Assembly: GCA_028278325.1 (NCBI GenBank)
Contig: JANQEO010000039.1
Span: 52,255 to 116,254 of the forward strand
From: Candidatus Binatia bacterium
GTDB lineage: Bacteria; Desulfobacterota; Binatia; UBA1149; JAJCZL01
Direction of reading: 5' to 3'
DNA: 64,000 nucleotides
Positions 49,813 to 58,943 of this stretch are shown here, in pieces. The notes under the pieces were generated by a model that did no database searches, had not been told where the DNA came from, and was given only the letters and a program-made list of their open reading frames with translations. A program made the translations under genes and the position numbers. Within the stretch, counting starts at the first letter, position 1. Each line of letters opens with the position of its first letter.

Positions 49813-52800
49813 ATGGCTTTTCAGCGGATTCGAACTGTTTCGCTGCTTTCTCCCATCGGCGCGGCATTAATTTTTTTAGCCGCCACTGCAACGAACACCT
49901 TCGCCGGCAAGGATCATTGCCGAACTCTCACACTCGACGGCTCCGCCGGAGAAACCTCCACCGATAGCGTGGTCTTTCGCATGGTCGACGAGACCGGCGC
50001 CGATGTCATAGACGAATCGTGTCAGATCACGGTTCAGAGCAGCGAGGACGCCGAAGACTTCGGTGAGCGACTGCCGGTACAATGGTATACCGACGATCTG
50101 ACGATCGCGGCGCCGCCGTGCGCGACCGACGCCGAAGCTCTCGCGTTGGCGACCAAGCCCAACGGCAAGATCAAGTATCCGAAGAAGGTGTGCAGCACCG
50201 GAATCGGTTCGGGCTCGTGCAAGATCAAGTTCACCTACAAGGTCAAGAAGTCGACCGGTGAAGTGAAGAAGGGGCCCCAACTCGACATCTGCTGCTGGGA
50301 GACACCCGACTGCAAGGGAACCAAGTGGGGCAAGGGTTCGGAAGACGACCCCATCAATCTGCAGGTTCGAAACAATAACGTGTCCCTCAGTTTCCTGCCC
50401 GCCGAAGAATCGCTTCCCGCCGCCATCGGCGCCACCAGCGATCTCGTTGTAGACCCGATCGGCATGGAACAGCGGCCCGACCCCGGGATCCAGGACTGCC
50501 GCAAGGTGATAACCGGTTCTACCGACAAGCTGGCCAACAAGATGTATTCGGTGCTCAGGGCCTGCCACCTGGCCCCCGGCGTACCGGATCACTCGGTCTG
50601 TAACACGATTTCGCCTGCGTCGGACCCCGACGGCGACGTCTCCGCAGCCGTGACCAGCCTGCGTGACGATGCCCGCGAGGCGTGTGCGAGCCTCGGCTCC
50701 CCATCGAAGCTGTCCTTCACTGAGTGCCCTGCGCCCTGCGGGGGGATCATCAACGGGCCGAAGTGTGTCGGAGGTCCCAACGACGGCGTATCGTGCCGTA
50801 TCGACTCCGAGTGTGACTCCGAAAGGCGCTGCGCCGCGGGAGTTCTCGGTCCTCCGTGCTCGGACGACAACGACTGTTCGGTAAGCGGCATCTGTCTGGA
50901 TCACGGTTTCTGCGCCGGGCCTTTGTGCTCTATCGATTCGGACTGCGACGCTGCGCCGGGCGACGGCAAGTGCGTGCGTAAGGGTGACGGTGTCTGCAAG
51001 GATCGCTGCTCGGCTCCTGCTGCTACCTTCGGCGATACTTGCGCTGTGGACGAGGACTGCGATTCTGCGCCCAGCGCGGGCGACGGCCGCTGCGGAGACT
51101 GGGGCGAGGTTTCCGATTGCAGTTCGTGTCTTGTGCGAGCAGCGGTCGAGAGCACCATGGCGACGCTGACCGGTCCCACGGGTACGCCGCTGGGTGGGCT
51201 GAGTCCGGAAGGGCTCGACTGTAAGGAGTTTCTCCTCAAGAGCGTCGCGACGCTGCAGAAGGTAGAACTCAAAGAGACGAGCACCTGTCAGAAGCTCGTC
51301 GACAAAGGCAAGATCGCCTTGCCCGACGGTGTCGGCAAGTGCAAGGACGCTGATCGCAAGGGCAAGCGCGCGCTCGCTGCGTCGAAGTTCCAGAATGCTC
51401 TGTTGGACGGTAAGGGTTGCTTCCCGGGCTCCATCGGCGAGCTGGACACTTGCGGCAACGATGCAACCACACTCGGTATCTGCGCCGTTGCCGCAGTCAA
51501 CGACGTCAACGAGGCCTACTCGACTGCCGCCATCCCCGAGTCACGCTGCGGAGACAACAAGCGGATTGGTGAAGAATGCGATGACGGCAACAACACTGCC
51601 GGTGACGGTTGCGCGGCGGACTGCACCTGTGAAGGAACCTGCGGCGACGGCAGCCTGAACCCGTTGGAGGTCTGCGGCGAGCTTTGCGACGACGGCAACA
51701 CCGTCAACGGTGACGGTTGTGACAACAACTGCACGCCGACCGGCTGTGGAAACGGCATCATCACGGCCGGTGAGGACTGCGAGTCGGATTCCGACTGCGC
51801 CGTCGGCCAGACCTGCAATAGCTGCATGTGCGTAGGCCCGGGCGGAGCCTGCCCGGCTTTCTTGGATCTCTCAGTAAACGCGGGCCATGCCGGCGGAGAT
51901 ACCTCTCACGACTTGGGTTGGACGGGGTGGCACCACGCCACTGACAGCCCCGACGGCGCCGGGATACGGCTGGGCCTCGACTGCGATCCGGGCTGCATGT
52001 CTTGCACTGTCACCGGTATCGACCCGGCCAGAGGCAACTGCCGGTGTTCCAACAGCACCGACAACGTCTGCACCACTCCGTTGGCGGCGGCGGCGGAGTG
52101 CGGCGGCGCTCAGTGCGACTGCTATACATCACCGCCACAGCCTGTGGTTGCTGCGGGGGTTCCACTTTGTTCCCTGCCGCGGCTTGGGGCGAACGTGTCG
52201 GGAACATGGAGTCCAGGTCTCGGTGCCGGGGCCCTGAACATCGATGAGTTTTCTGCCGTGTATGTCGGGATCGATGTCGGCCAGCCTTGCCCCGTCTGTG
52301 TCGGCGATCCGGTCGCCAATGACGGGGTACTCGGCGGCACCTGCAGCGGAGGACCCAGCAATGGCTCCGGATGCGATGTGAACGCAACGGATCCGGCCTT
52401 CGGCGACGTCAGCTACAACTGCCTTCCCGATTCGGGCTCTAACATCACCGGTGTCGGGTTGCGGATCAAAAGGACGGATACGACCGGGTCGTTCTCGCTG
52501 CCGGCCGGCCTGACCTGCAGTCCACCTCTGTCGGGACTCGACTGTCCCTGCGCTGTGTGCAGCCTCGACAACACCATCGCCTGCAGCTCTGATACGGACT
52601 GCTCATCTGTCGGGGCCGGTACGTGTTCTGCCGTAGGCTCCGGGGTACCGACGCAACCTAACGACTGCTCCAGTGATGCCTTGGTATGCTCGGATGGCGG
52701 CGCCGGTATACAGGGCTTCTGTTCGTCATCGACCGACACCTATTGTGACGGTCACACCGATGCCAACGGCAGGTTCCTACTTCCTTGCAGCATTCAGGCC

Positions 52801-53106
52801 GACTGCGATGCCCTCGATGCTGAATGCTCCGGAGGGGATTGCGGCCTCTGTGCGGCGGCCGTGCAGCGCAGCTGCTTCCTGGGCAGCATCACGGTGGCGG
52901 GACAGGCCTCAGCGCCGGCGCCGGACGGTTCGGGTAACCCTGATCTCGGCTCGGTGTTCTGCGTTCCGCCCACGGCTAGTGCCGCGGCCAACACCGCCAT
53001 CGGCCTGCCGGGACCGGCGCGGCTGGTGACCGACCATGACAGCCAGCTGGTTTGCTCTGACGGCGTGACGCCTTTCGATTGGCCGGGAGGCAGCAACTGC
53101 CCCTAG
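49813..53106 (+). CDS. giant secreted Cys-rich mosaic protein
   Basis: I chose ATG 49813, which has AAGGGGGG upstream and gives the signal peptide MAFQRIRTVSLLSPIGAALIFLAATATNTFA. It contains Cys-framed helical segments (50491..50745 and 51118..51540), DCD mini-modules (CVGGPNDGVSCRIDSECD, CSIDSDCDAAPGDGKC, CAVDEDCDSAPSAGDGRC), ECDDGN repeats (51544..51765), and a ~400-aa Cys/Gly/Ser-rich C-terminal region. Confidence 0.8.
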   Translation: MAFQRIRTVSLLSPIGAALIFLAATATNTFAGKDHCRTLTLDGSAGETSTDSVVFRMVDETGADVIDESCQITVQSSEDAEDFGERLPVQWYTDDLTIAAPPCATDAEALALATKPNGKIKYPKKVCSTGIGSGSCKIKFTYKVKKSTGEVKKGPQLDICCWETPDCKGTKWGKGSEDDPINLQVRNNNVSLSFLPAEESLPAAIGATSDLVVDPIGMEQRPDPGIQDCRKVITGSTDKLANKMYSVLRACHLAPGVPDHSVCNTISPASDPDGDVSAAVTSLRDDAREACASLGSPSKLSFTECPAPCGGIINGPKCVGGPNDGVSCRIDSECDSERRCAAGVLGPPCSDDNDCSVSGICLDHGFCAGPLCSIDSDCDAAPGDGKCVRKGDGVCKDRCSAPAATFGDTCAVDEDCDSAPSAGDGRCGDWGEVSDCSSCLVRAAVESTMATLTGPTGTPLGGLSPEGLDCKEFLLKSVATLQKVELKETSTCQKLVDKGKIALPDGVGKCKDADRKGKRALAASKFQNALLDGKGCFPGSIGELDTCGNDATTLGICAVAAVNDVNEAYSTAAIPESRCGDNKRIGEECDDGNNTAGDGCAADCTCEGTCGDGSLNPLEVCGELCDDGNTVNGDGCDNNCTPTGCGNGIITAGEDCESDSDCAVGQTCNSCMCVGPGGACPAFLDLSVNAGHAGGDTSHDLGWTGWHHATDSPDGAGIRLGLDCDPGCMSCTVTGIDPARGNCRCSNSTDNVCTTPLAAAAECGGAQCDCYTSPPQPVVAAGVPLCSLPRLGANVSGTWSPGLGAGALNIDEFSAVYVGIDVGQPCPVCVGDPVANDGVLGGTCSGGPSNGSGCDVNATDPAFGDVSYNCLPDSGSNITGVGLRIKRTDTTGSFSLPAGLTCSPPLSGLDCPCAVCSLDNTIACSSDTDCSSVGAGTCSAVGSGVPTQPNDCSSDALVCSDGGAGIQGFCSSSTDTYCDGHTDANGRFLLPCSIQADCDALDAECSGGDCGLCAAAVQRSCFLGSITVAGQASAPAPDGSGNPDLGSVFCVPPTASAAANTAIGLPGPARLVTDHDSQLVCSDGVTPFDWPGGSNCP

Positions 53107-53128
53107 GCGCGGCAGTAGTCTGGAACGG

Positions 53129-55561
53129 TTAGTCGATCAGTCGAGCGCGGCGGCTGGCCACCAGCGCGTCGATGCCGTCGATCCTTCGGGTCGCCCTGCG
53201 GATCTCTTCGCCGAAGTCCTGGCGGCGTTTCAGCAAGTCGTCGCCGCCTTCCAACAGCTCGCGGTTCTTGGCCAGGTCGAGGGCCGTAGAGAACAACACC
53301 TTCGAGACGGACTCCGCGCTGCGGATACGGCGCTGCAGATGATACTGCTTGCCCAGAGCGAGACAGGAGTTAAGGAAGGCGCCCTCGTCGAAGGGCTTGT
53401 CGGTATCGAGTGTCTCGAGCGCGTCGCCGACCACCTGGTAGGCTTCGAAGAAAGGCCTGAGCACGCGGTGGGAGTTCCAGGGCCGAATCTCGCCGAGCAA
53501 ATCGCGTAAATCGTCACGTCCACCTTTTAGTTTGGTCGGCCAGTCGGGATCGTGGACGCCCAGCTCTTCGCGGATCTCCTCGACGAAGGTGTCCTTGTCC
53601 GAGAAGAAGAACTCGAACTTGAGCAGGTCGCGCAGGTTCATGATCTCGCTCCAGAACCCCTCCTGCGCATCCTTGACGTCGTTTTCCATCGCCCTCAGCA
53701 AGGCCAACTCGACGATCGAGCCATTGACGAAGTAGTGGATGATCGTGTTGCGGTAGAAGGCAGCTGCCAGATGCTGGTCCGGCACTATCGCGTAGACCGC
53801 TTCGGGGCCTTCCGAGAAAACCGATACGACACCGTTGTCGATGAGGCGTTGGAGGTTCTGCTCGATGCCTTCCCTGGTCTGTAGCTCGTCGATCCCCGTG
53901 GTCGGCAGCCCTCTCTTGCGGACGTAGGCCCCGAGCTTGTCGACCGGCCCGGCGATCTCTTCGAGGGTAAGAGCACGATCCCCTTTGCCGAGCAGGGCGA
54001 TGGTAAGCAGCGAAGTCGGCGTAATCGGCGTGCTGTTGTTGATGCGCACCATCACTTCGAAGGCGGTTTTTTGCACGCCGATGTTTTGTTCGTCCGGGTT
54101 GGGCTCGGCATCGGGGTTTTGCTCGCCGAGCTGATCGCGCAGCGACAAGGGCTCTCCAAAGCTTATGTGGATGTCGCCGAACTTCTTGTGGAAGCGCCTG
54201 ACCATCTTGATGAACCAGCTCAGGCTCTCGGCTTCCTTGGCTGCGCCTCTCTGCTCGGCTACGTACTCGCCGATGTCCTGAATCTGGTCGTAGCTGATCG
54301 AGACCGGAATCAGCACCACGTCTTCGCTGCGCCCGCGGCGATATGCGTCGACTACGTTGGCGAGCAGGCCGAAGCGCGGCGGCAACAATTTGCCCGATCG
54401 AGAGCGGCCGCCTTCCAGATACCATTCGAGGGGAAAGCGCTTTTCGATCAGATAGTCGATGTAGGCCTGCAACACGTACTTGTAGACGGGGTTGTCCTTG
54501 AAGCTGCGGCGTATGAAGAAGACGCCGCTGCGCCTCACGATCGGTCCGATGGGAAAGAAGTTCATGTTAATGCCGCCGGCCGTGTGGTTGGGCGGATGTC
54601 CATTCTCGTGCAGGGCGTATTGGAGCACGAGGTGATCGAGGTTGGACTTGTGCGACGGCAGAAACACGACGGGGTAGCGCTGAGCGACCTCGTATACTTT
54701 CTCCAACTCCGCTCTATCGTAGTGGAGCTGCTCACCGTAGCCGCGAGTGTAGAGGAGGCGAATCAGCTGTGCGGCGATGTCGATGACATAGGTGCTGTGA
54801 GTGGCCGCGATCTCGTCGAGATACTCGATCGCCTCGTGGGACACTTCGGCTTCGGTTCGGCCCAGCTCCCAGGTCAACTTTGCCAGCCCTCCTTTAAATG
54901 AAGAGCGCGACAGGATCTCCTCGTTGACGAAGCGCGGAACCTTGTAGCGTGTCCCGCGCAGGCGCCGTTCGGCACGTTCGAGCGCCAGGCCGGCCTGGCG
55001 GACGACGAACTCGGCAAGGCCGGTAGTGGCGGCGAAGTCGGTGCCGCCTGCTCGGCGCCAGCGGCTGCGCAATTCGGAGGCGGGCGCGGGGTCGGCGACC
55101 ACGACCCTACAACGCTCGGGGTGGCGCTTGAGCAGCCAGTTTTGCCGTAACTTGCCCGGGTTGTGGGGGTTTCTCAGGCTCAGCAGGCCCTTGCCCACGC
55201 TCTCGCCCGTGCCGTTGCTGTCTCCGCCGAGCCAGGCCACGCGCAGCGGCGCCATCAAAGGATCCTCGTTGGTCGACAAGACCTGTTCGAGACGGGGGTC
55301 GATCTGTCGGGGGTTGTTGTTGGTGCGCGTGGACAGAACGGGGATCACCCGCACCAGGCCCGGTTCGGTCGAGGGCGCGTTGCGCGCTATCCAGTCCTCC
55401 AAGTAGCGGCGCTCCAAGGAACTGCACGCATCGAGGAGGAAGACCAGGCGCTTGCCCTTGGGGTAAGGCCAAGCGGCTTCGCCGGGGGTGGTGCGAGATG
55501 CAGTTCCCGATTGTGCCGCCGCTGTCACTCCCATAGCTCGGTTGCCCACGGGTCCCGGCAA
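53129..55561 (-). CDS. plsB: glycerol-3-phosphate 1-O-acyltransferase
   Basis: ~800-aa protein with the HxxxxD acyltransferase block VFLPSHKSNLDHLVL, plus YLEGGRSRSGKLLPPRFGLL and IPVSISYD, colinear with E. coli PlsB. The exact start is uncertain (55561 or ATG 55534). Confidence 0.9.
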   Translation of the reverse strand: MPGPVGNRAMGVTAAAQSGTASRTTPGEAAWPYPKGKRLVFLLDACSSLERRYLEDWIARNAPSTEPGLVRVIPVLSTRTNNNPRQIDPRLEQVLSTNEDPLMAPLRVAWLGGDSNGTGESVGKGLLSLRNPHNPGKLRQNWLLKRHPERCRVVVADPAPASELRSRWRRAGGTDFAATTGLAEFVVRQAGLALERAERRLRGTRYKVPRFVNEEILSRSSFKGGLAKLTWELGRTEAEVSHEAIEYLDEIAATHSTYVIDIAAQLIRLLYTRGYGEQLHYDRAELEKVYEVAQRYPVVFLPSHKSNLDHLVLQYALHENGHPPNHTAGGINMNFFPIGPIVRRSGVFFIRRSFKDNPVYKYVLQAYIDYLIEKRFPLEWYLEGGRSRSGKLLPPRFGLLANVVDAYRRGRSEDVVLIPVSISYDQIQDIGEYVAEQRGAAKEAESLSWFIKMVRRFHKKFGDIHISFGEPLSLRDQLGEQNPDAEPNPDEQNIGVQKTAFEVMVRINNSTPITPTSLLTIALLGKGDRALTLEEIAGPVDKLGAYVRKRGLPTTGIDELQTREGIEQNLQRLIDNGVVSVFSEGPEAVYAIVPDQHLAAAFYRNTIIHYFVNGSIVELALLRAMENDVKDAQEGFWSEIMNLRDLLKFEFFFSDKDTFVEEIREELGVHDPDWPTKLKGGRDDLRDLLGEIRPWNSHRVLRPFFEAYQVVGDALETLDTDKPFDEGAFLNSCLALGKQYHLQRRIRSAESVSKVLFSTALDLAKNRELLEGGDDLLKRRQDFGEEIRRATRRIDGIDALVASRRARLID

Positions 55562-55611
55562 TAGTATCTGGATCTGAAATCTTGTGGTAGGGCCGCCAGG
55601 AGGCAGGGATT

Positions 55612-56448
55612 ATGCGAATTCTCGGCATATTGGTAATCATCGTAGTGGTCGCCGTCGGTGCGGTGATCTTTTACATCGACTCTCTCGCCAAGACGGCAAT
55701 CGAGCGTGGTTCCAACTACGCCCTCGGTGTGCCGACGTCGGTGGACGGCGTGAGCATCGGCTTTCTCAGCGGTAGGTTCGGGATCAGAGGTCTCGATGTT
55801 GCCAACCCCGAAGGCTTCGAGGCCGAGAACTTCCTCCATTTGGGTGCGGCACGCATGGACCTGCCGCTCGGCAACCTCCGAGAGCAAACCGTCGAGATCC
55901 CTCTGGTCGAGATCACCGACATCGACGTGAGCATCGAGAGATCCCAGGGCAAGACCAACTACGATGTAATACTCTCCAATCTCGAGAAGCTCAGCTCGGG
56001 CAAAGCCGAGCCCGCCGAGGACACGGGTCCGGGAAAGACTTTCGTGATCGGCAAGCTCCTCATCCGTGACGTCTCGGCAAACGTACAGTTGTCTCCGCTG
56101 CCGGGAGAGGTGACCAAGGTCAAGGTGGAGGTCCCGGAGATCAACCTGCAAAACGTCGGCGGCGAGGGAGGCGGTGTCGGCTTTGCCGAACTCTCGGGTA
56201 TCATCACCACTGCCGTGCTGGCATCGATTGCGAAGAACGGCGTCGGTTTACCCGGCGACTTGGTCAAAGACCTCAACAGCGGCCTGTCGTCCCTGGGTAG
56301 CTTCTCGATCGAGTCGGTAGGCAAGGTCGGTGAGCTGGGCGGCAAGCTGGTCGAGGGCCTCGCGACGGAAGGCAAGGAAGGCGATAAAGCCACGGCGGAC
56401 AAGCTCATCGAGGGCATCGGGGGTCTGTTCGGCGGCTCCAAAGATTGA
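55612..56448 (+). CDS. signal-anchored hypothetical protein (AsmA-like N-terminus)
   Basis: N-terminal TM helix MRILGILVIIVVVAVGAVIFY, followed by beta-rich repeats and a Gly/Lys-rich tail. No motif I can assign with confidence. Confidence 0.55.
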   Translation: MRILGILVIIVVVAVGAVIFYIDSLAKTAIERGSNYALGVPTSVDGVSIGFLSGRFGIRGLDVANPEGFEAENFLHLGAARMDLPLGNLREQTVEIPLVEITDIDVSIERSQGKTNYDVILSNLEKLSSGKAEPAEDTGPGKTFVIGKLLIRDVSANVQLSPLPGEVTKVKVEVPEINLQNVGGEGGGVGFAELSGIITTAVLASIAKNGVGLPGDLVKDLNSGLSSLGSFSIESVGKVGELGGKLVEGLATEGKEGDKATADKLIEGIGGLFGGSKD

Positions 56449-56657
56449 CGGTTCCCATTCTACGGTTTCGCGCGCATGGCGGACGCTGGGTCGTCCGCCG
56501 CGCGGACCGGCAATTGTCTCACCACGGCGTCGAAGAATTGACGCCACAATCAAGATAGGCGGCTGCGGGCCGCGTCCTGTGCGGACGCGGCAAACTGCTC
56601 TCCGGCACGGCTTTTGCGACGATTACGGCGCTAGAGTTGTTTGCTGACCGAGTAGTC

Positions 56658-57803
56658 ATGAGCCGTATAGTCGTCATTACTGTTCTAGCCACCCCGATAT
56701 TTCTGGTGGCGGTAGCCATGAGCACACTCAGCGGGGCACGCCCCGCCTGTGACACCGACCCCGGCCAAGGGGCCCTCGGAACCGTATGCGGTTTCGAGAA
56801 CCCGGCCGATGTCGAATCGGTGCCGGCGGCCGGCGTGTTGCTCGTGAGCGAGCGGCGCAGACCCGAGCCTCCTACCGGTGGCGCGATTGCGGCGGTCACG
56901 GTCAGCAAGTCCGGGCAACCTTCTCATCCTCGCCGTATCTGGCCGACTGGTGAGAAGAGCGATATCGGCGTGGGCCCAGGCAAGCCCGCGATCGGTGATC
57001 CCGACTGCAAAGAACCTCCGGTAACGAGCGAGTTCTCGCCTCATGGCCTGACGTCGAGAAAACGCTCGCGGGGTGTCGTACGTGTGGCCGTCATCGCCCA
57101 CGGCAAGAGGGAAGCCGTCGAACTGTTCGATCTGACCGGTTGGGGTGAGAAGGCGCGTCTGAGCTGGCGCGGCTGCGTACGCCTCCCGGCGAACACGTTC
57201 GCCAACGACGTCGGCATCACGGCCAACCACGAGCTGGTGGTCGCCAACGATGTCGCGGTCGCACCCGGACTCTCAGGTATCTACTACAAGCTGACCAAGG
57301 CCTTCGGTTCCAGGGCCGGGCATGTGTCGGCCTGGGCTCCCGGCGAAGGCTGGAAGACCCTGCGCGGCAGCGTCGGTCCAACGGCCAACGGTGTATTGCT
57401 CTCTCGCGACGGCAGGACCGTCTACTACACCGAGCACGGTACCGGCGAAGTGAAGAGCATCGGGCGTAAGAATCGCTTGGCCAAGCGCGACCGTGTAAAC
57501 GTCGGAGGCAGCCCCGACAATCTTTCCTGGAGTGCCCGCGGGGACATTCTCGTCGTTACGCGCTTGAACCCGGTAGCCTCGGCCCTGTGTAGGCTGGGCA
57601 ATCTGCCCTGCCGGAGCGACTGGTCCTTCGTCGAACTCGACCCCGAAAACTTCAGCATCAACAAGCGCCTTCGCCACGACGGAGAAGTTGTGGGCGAGGT
57701 GACGTCGGTGGCCGAGTTCAACGGGCGTTACTTCTTCGGTTCGGCTTACGACGACCGCATCGGTATCTGGAGTCCGCCCATCAAGTCGGCCAAGACTCGC
57801 TAG
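56658..57803 (+). CDS. secreted beta-propeller protein, SMP-30/PON/strictosidine-synthase-like (paralogue of 20630..21745)
   Basis: I chose ATG 56658, which gives the signal peptide MSRIVVITVLATPIFLVAVAMS. It is colinear with the 20630..21745 product. Confidence 0.6.
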   Translation: MSRIVVITVLATPIFLVAVAMSTLSGARPACDTDPGQGALGTVCGFENPADVESVPAAGVLLVSERRRPEPPTGGAIAAVTVSKSGQPSHPRRIWPTGEKSDIGVGPGKPAIGDPDCKEPPVTSEFSPHGLTSRKRSRGVVRVAVIAHGKREAVELFDLTGWGEKARLSWRGCVRLPANTFANDVGITANHELVVANDVAVAPGLSGIYYKLTKAFGSRAGHVSAWAPGEGWKTLRGSVGPTANGVLLSRDGRTVYYTEHGTGEVKSIGRKNRLAKRDRVNVGGSPDNLSWSARGDILVVTRLNPVASALCRLGNLPCRSDWSFVELDPENFSINKRLRHDGEVVGEVTSVAEFNGRYFFGSAYDDRIGIWSPPIKSAKTR

Positions 57804-58912
57804 CCGTAAGTCAGAACCGTCCGGATCGACTCACCCTTCCTCATCAGTTCGAAAGCATCGTTTACGCGCTCGAAGGGCAGGGTGTGGGTGATCAGGTCGT
57901 CGATGTTGACTCGCCCCTCCATGTACCAGTCGACGATCTTGGGAACATCGCGCCGGCCCTTGGCTCCACCGAAAGCCGTTCCCTTCCATGTTCGCCCGGT
58001 GACCAACTGGAAAGGCCGCGTACTGATCTCCTGGCCCGCGCCGGCCACTCCGATGATCACGCTGGTGCCCCAGCCTCGCCTGCAGCACTCCAGGGCCTGG
58101 CGCATGGTGTTCACGTTGCCGATGCATTCGAAGCTGTAGTCGGCGCCGCCACCCGTGAGATCGACGAGGTAGGGTGCGAGGTCGTCGCCCGCCTCGCGGG
58201 GGTTTACGAAGTCGGTCATGCCGAAGTTCTCGGCCAATGGTTGTTTGGAAGGATTCACGTCGACGCCGACGATTCTCTCGGCGCCTGCCATGCGCGCGCC
58301 TTGGATCACGTTGAGGCCGATGCCGCCGAGCCCGAACACGACGACGGTGGAGCCTGCCTCCACCTTTGCCGTATTTAGAACCGCACCGATGCCCGTGGTC
58401 ACTCCGCAGCCGATGTAACAGACCTTGTCGAAAGGAGCGTCCTCGCGGATCTTGGCCACCGCTATCTCGGGGAGCACCGTGAAGTTCGAGAACGTCGAGG
58501 TGCCCATGTAATGGAACAGCGTCTCTTCACCCGAGGAGAAACGGCTGGTCTCGTCGGGCATCAGGCCGCGGCCCTGAGTCGCCCGGATGGCTATACAAAG
58601 GTTGGTCTTGTCGCTGCGGCAGTAGTCACATTTGCCGCACTCGGGGATGTAGAGAGGAATCACGTGGTCGCCGGCCTTGACCGATTCGACGCTCGGCCCG
58701 GTTTCCACCACAACGCCGGCGCCTTCGTGGCCGAGGATGCATGGGAACAGGCCTTCGGGATCTGCACCCGACAGCGTGTACTCGTCGGTGTGACATACCC
58801 CCGTCGCTTTGATCTCGACGAGCACTTCTCCCTGGCGCGGTCCTTCCAGGTTGACAGTTTCGATGGACAAAGGCCGTTCTGCTTGGTGCGCAACCGCTGC
58901 TCGTGTTTCCAT
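57800..58912 (-). CDS. frmA: S-(hydroxymethyl)glutathione dehydrogenase / class III alcohol dehydrogenase
   Basis: VLVEIKATGVCHTDEYTLSGADPEGLFPCILGHEGAG, the CGKCDYCRSDKTNLC structural-zinc site and VFGLGGIGL are canonical class III ADH motifs. Confidence 0.9.
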   Translation of the reverse strand: METRAAVAHQAERPLSIETVNLEGPRQGEVLVEIKATGVCHTDEYTLSGADPEGLFPCILGHEGAGVVVETGPSVESVKAGDHVIPLYIPECGKCDYCRSDKTNLCIAIRATQGRGLMPDETSRFSSGEETLFHYMGTSTFSNFTVLPEIAVAKIREDAPFDKVCYIGCGVTTGIGAVLNTAKVEAGSTVVVFGLGGIGLNVIQGARMAGAERIVGVDVNPSKQPLAENFGMTDFVNPREAGDDLAPYLVDLTGGGADYSFECIGNVNTMRQALECCRRGWGTSVIIGVAGAGQEISTRPFQLVTGRTWKGTAFGGAKGRRDVPKIVDWYMEGRVNIDDLITHTLPFERVNDAFELMRKGESIRTVLTYG

Positions 58913-58943
58913 GGCGTCTGTCTTAGATCGTCGTCAGGCGCAT

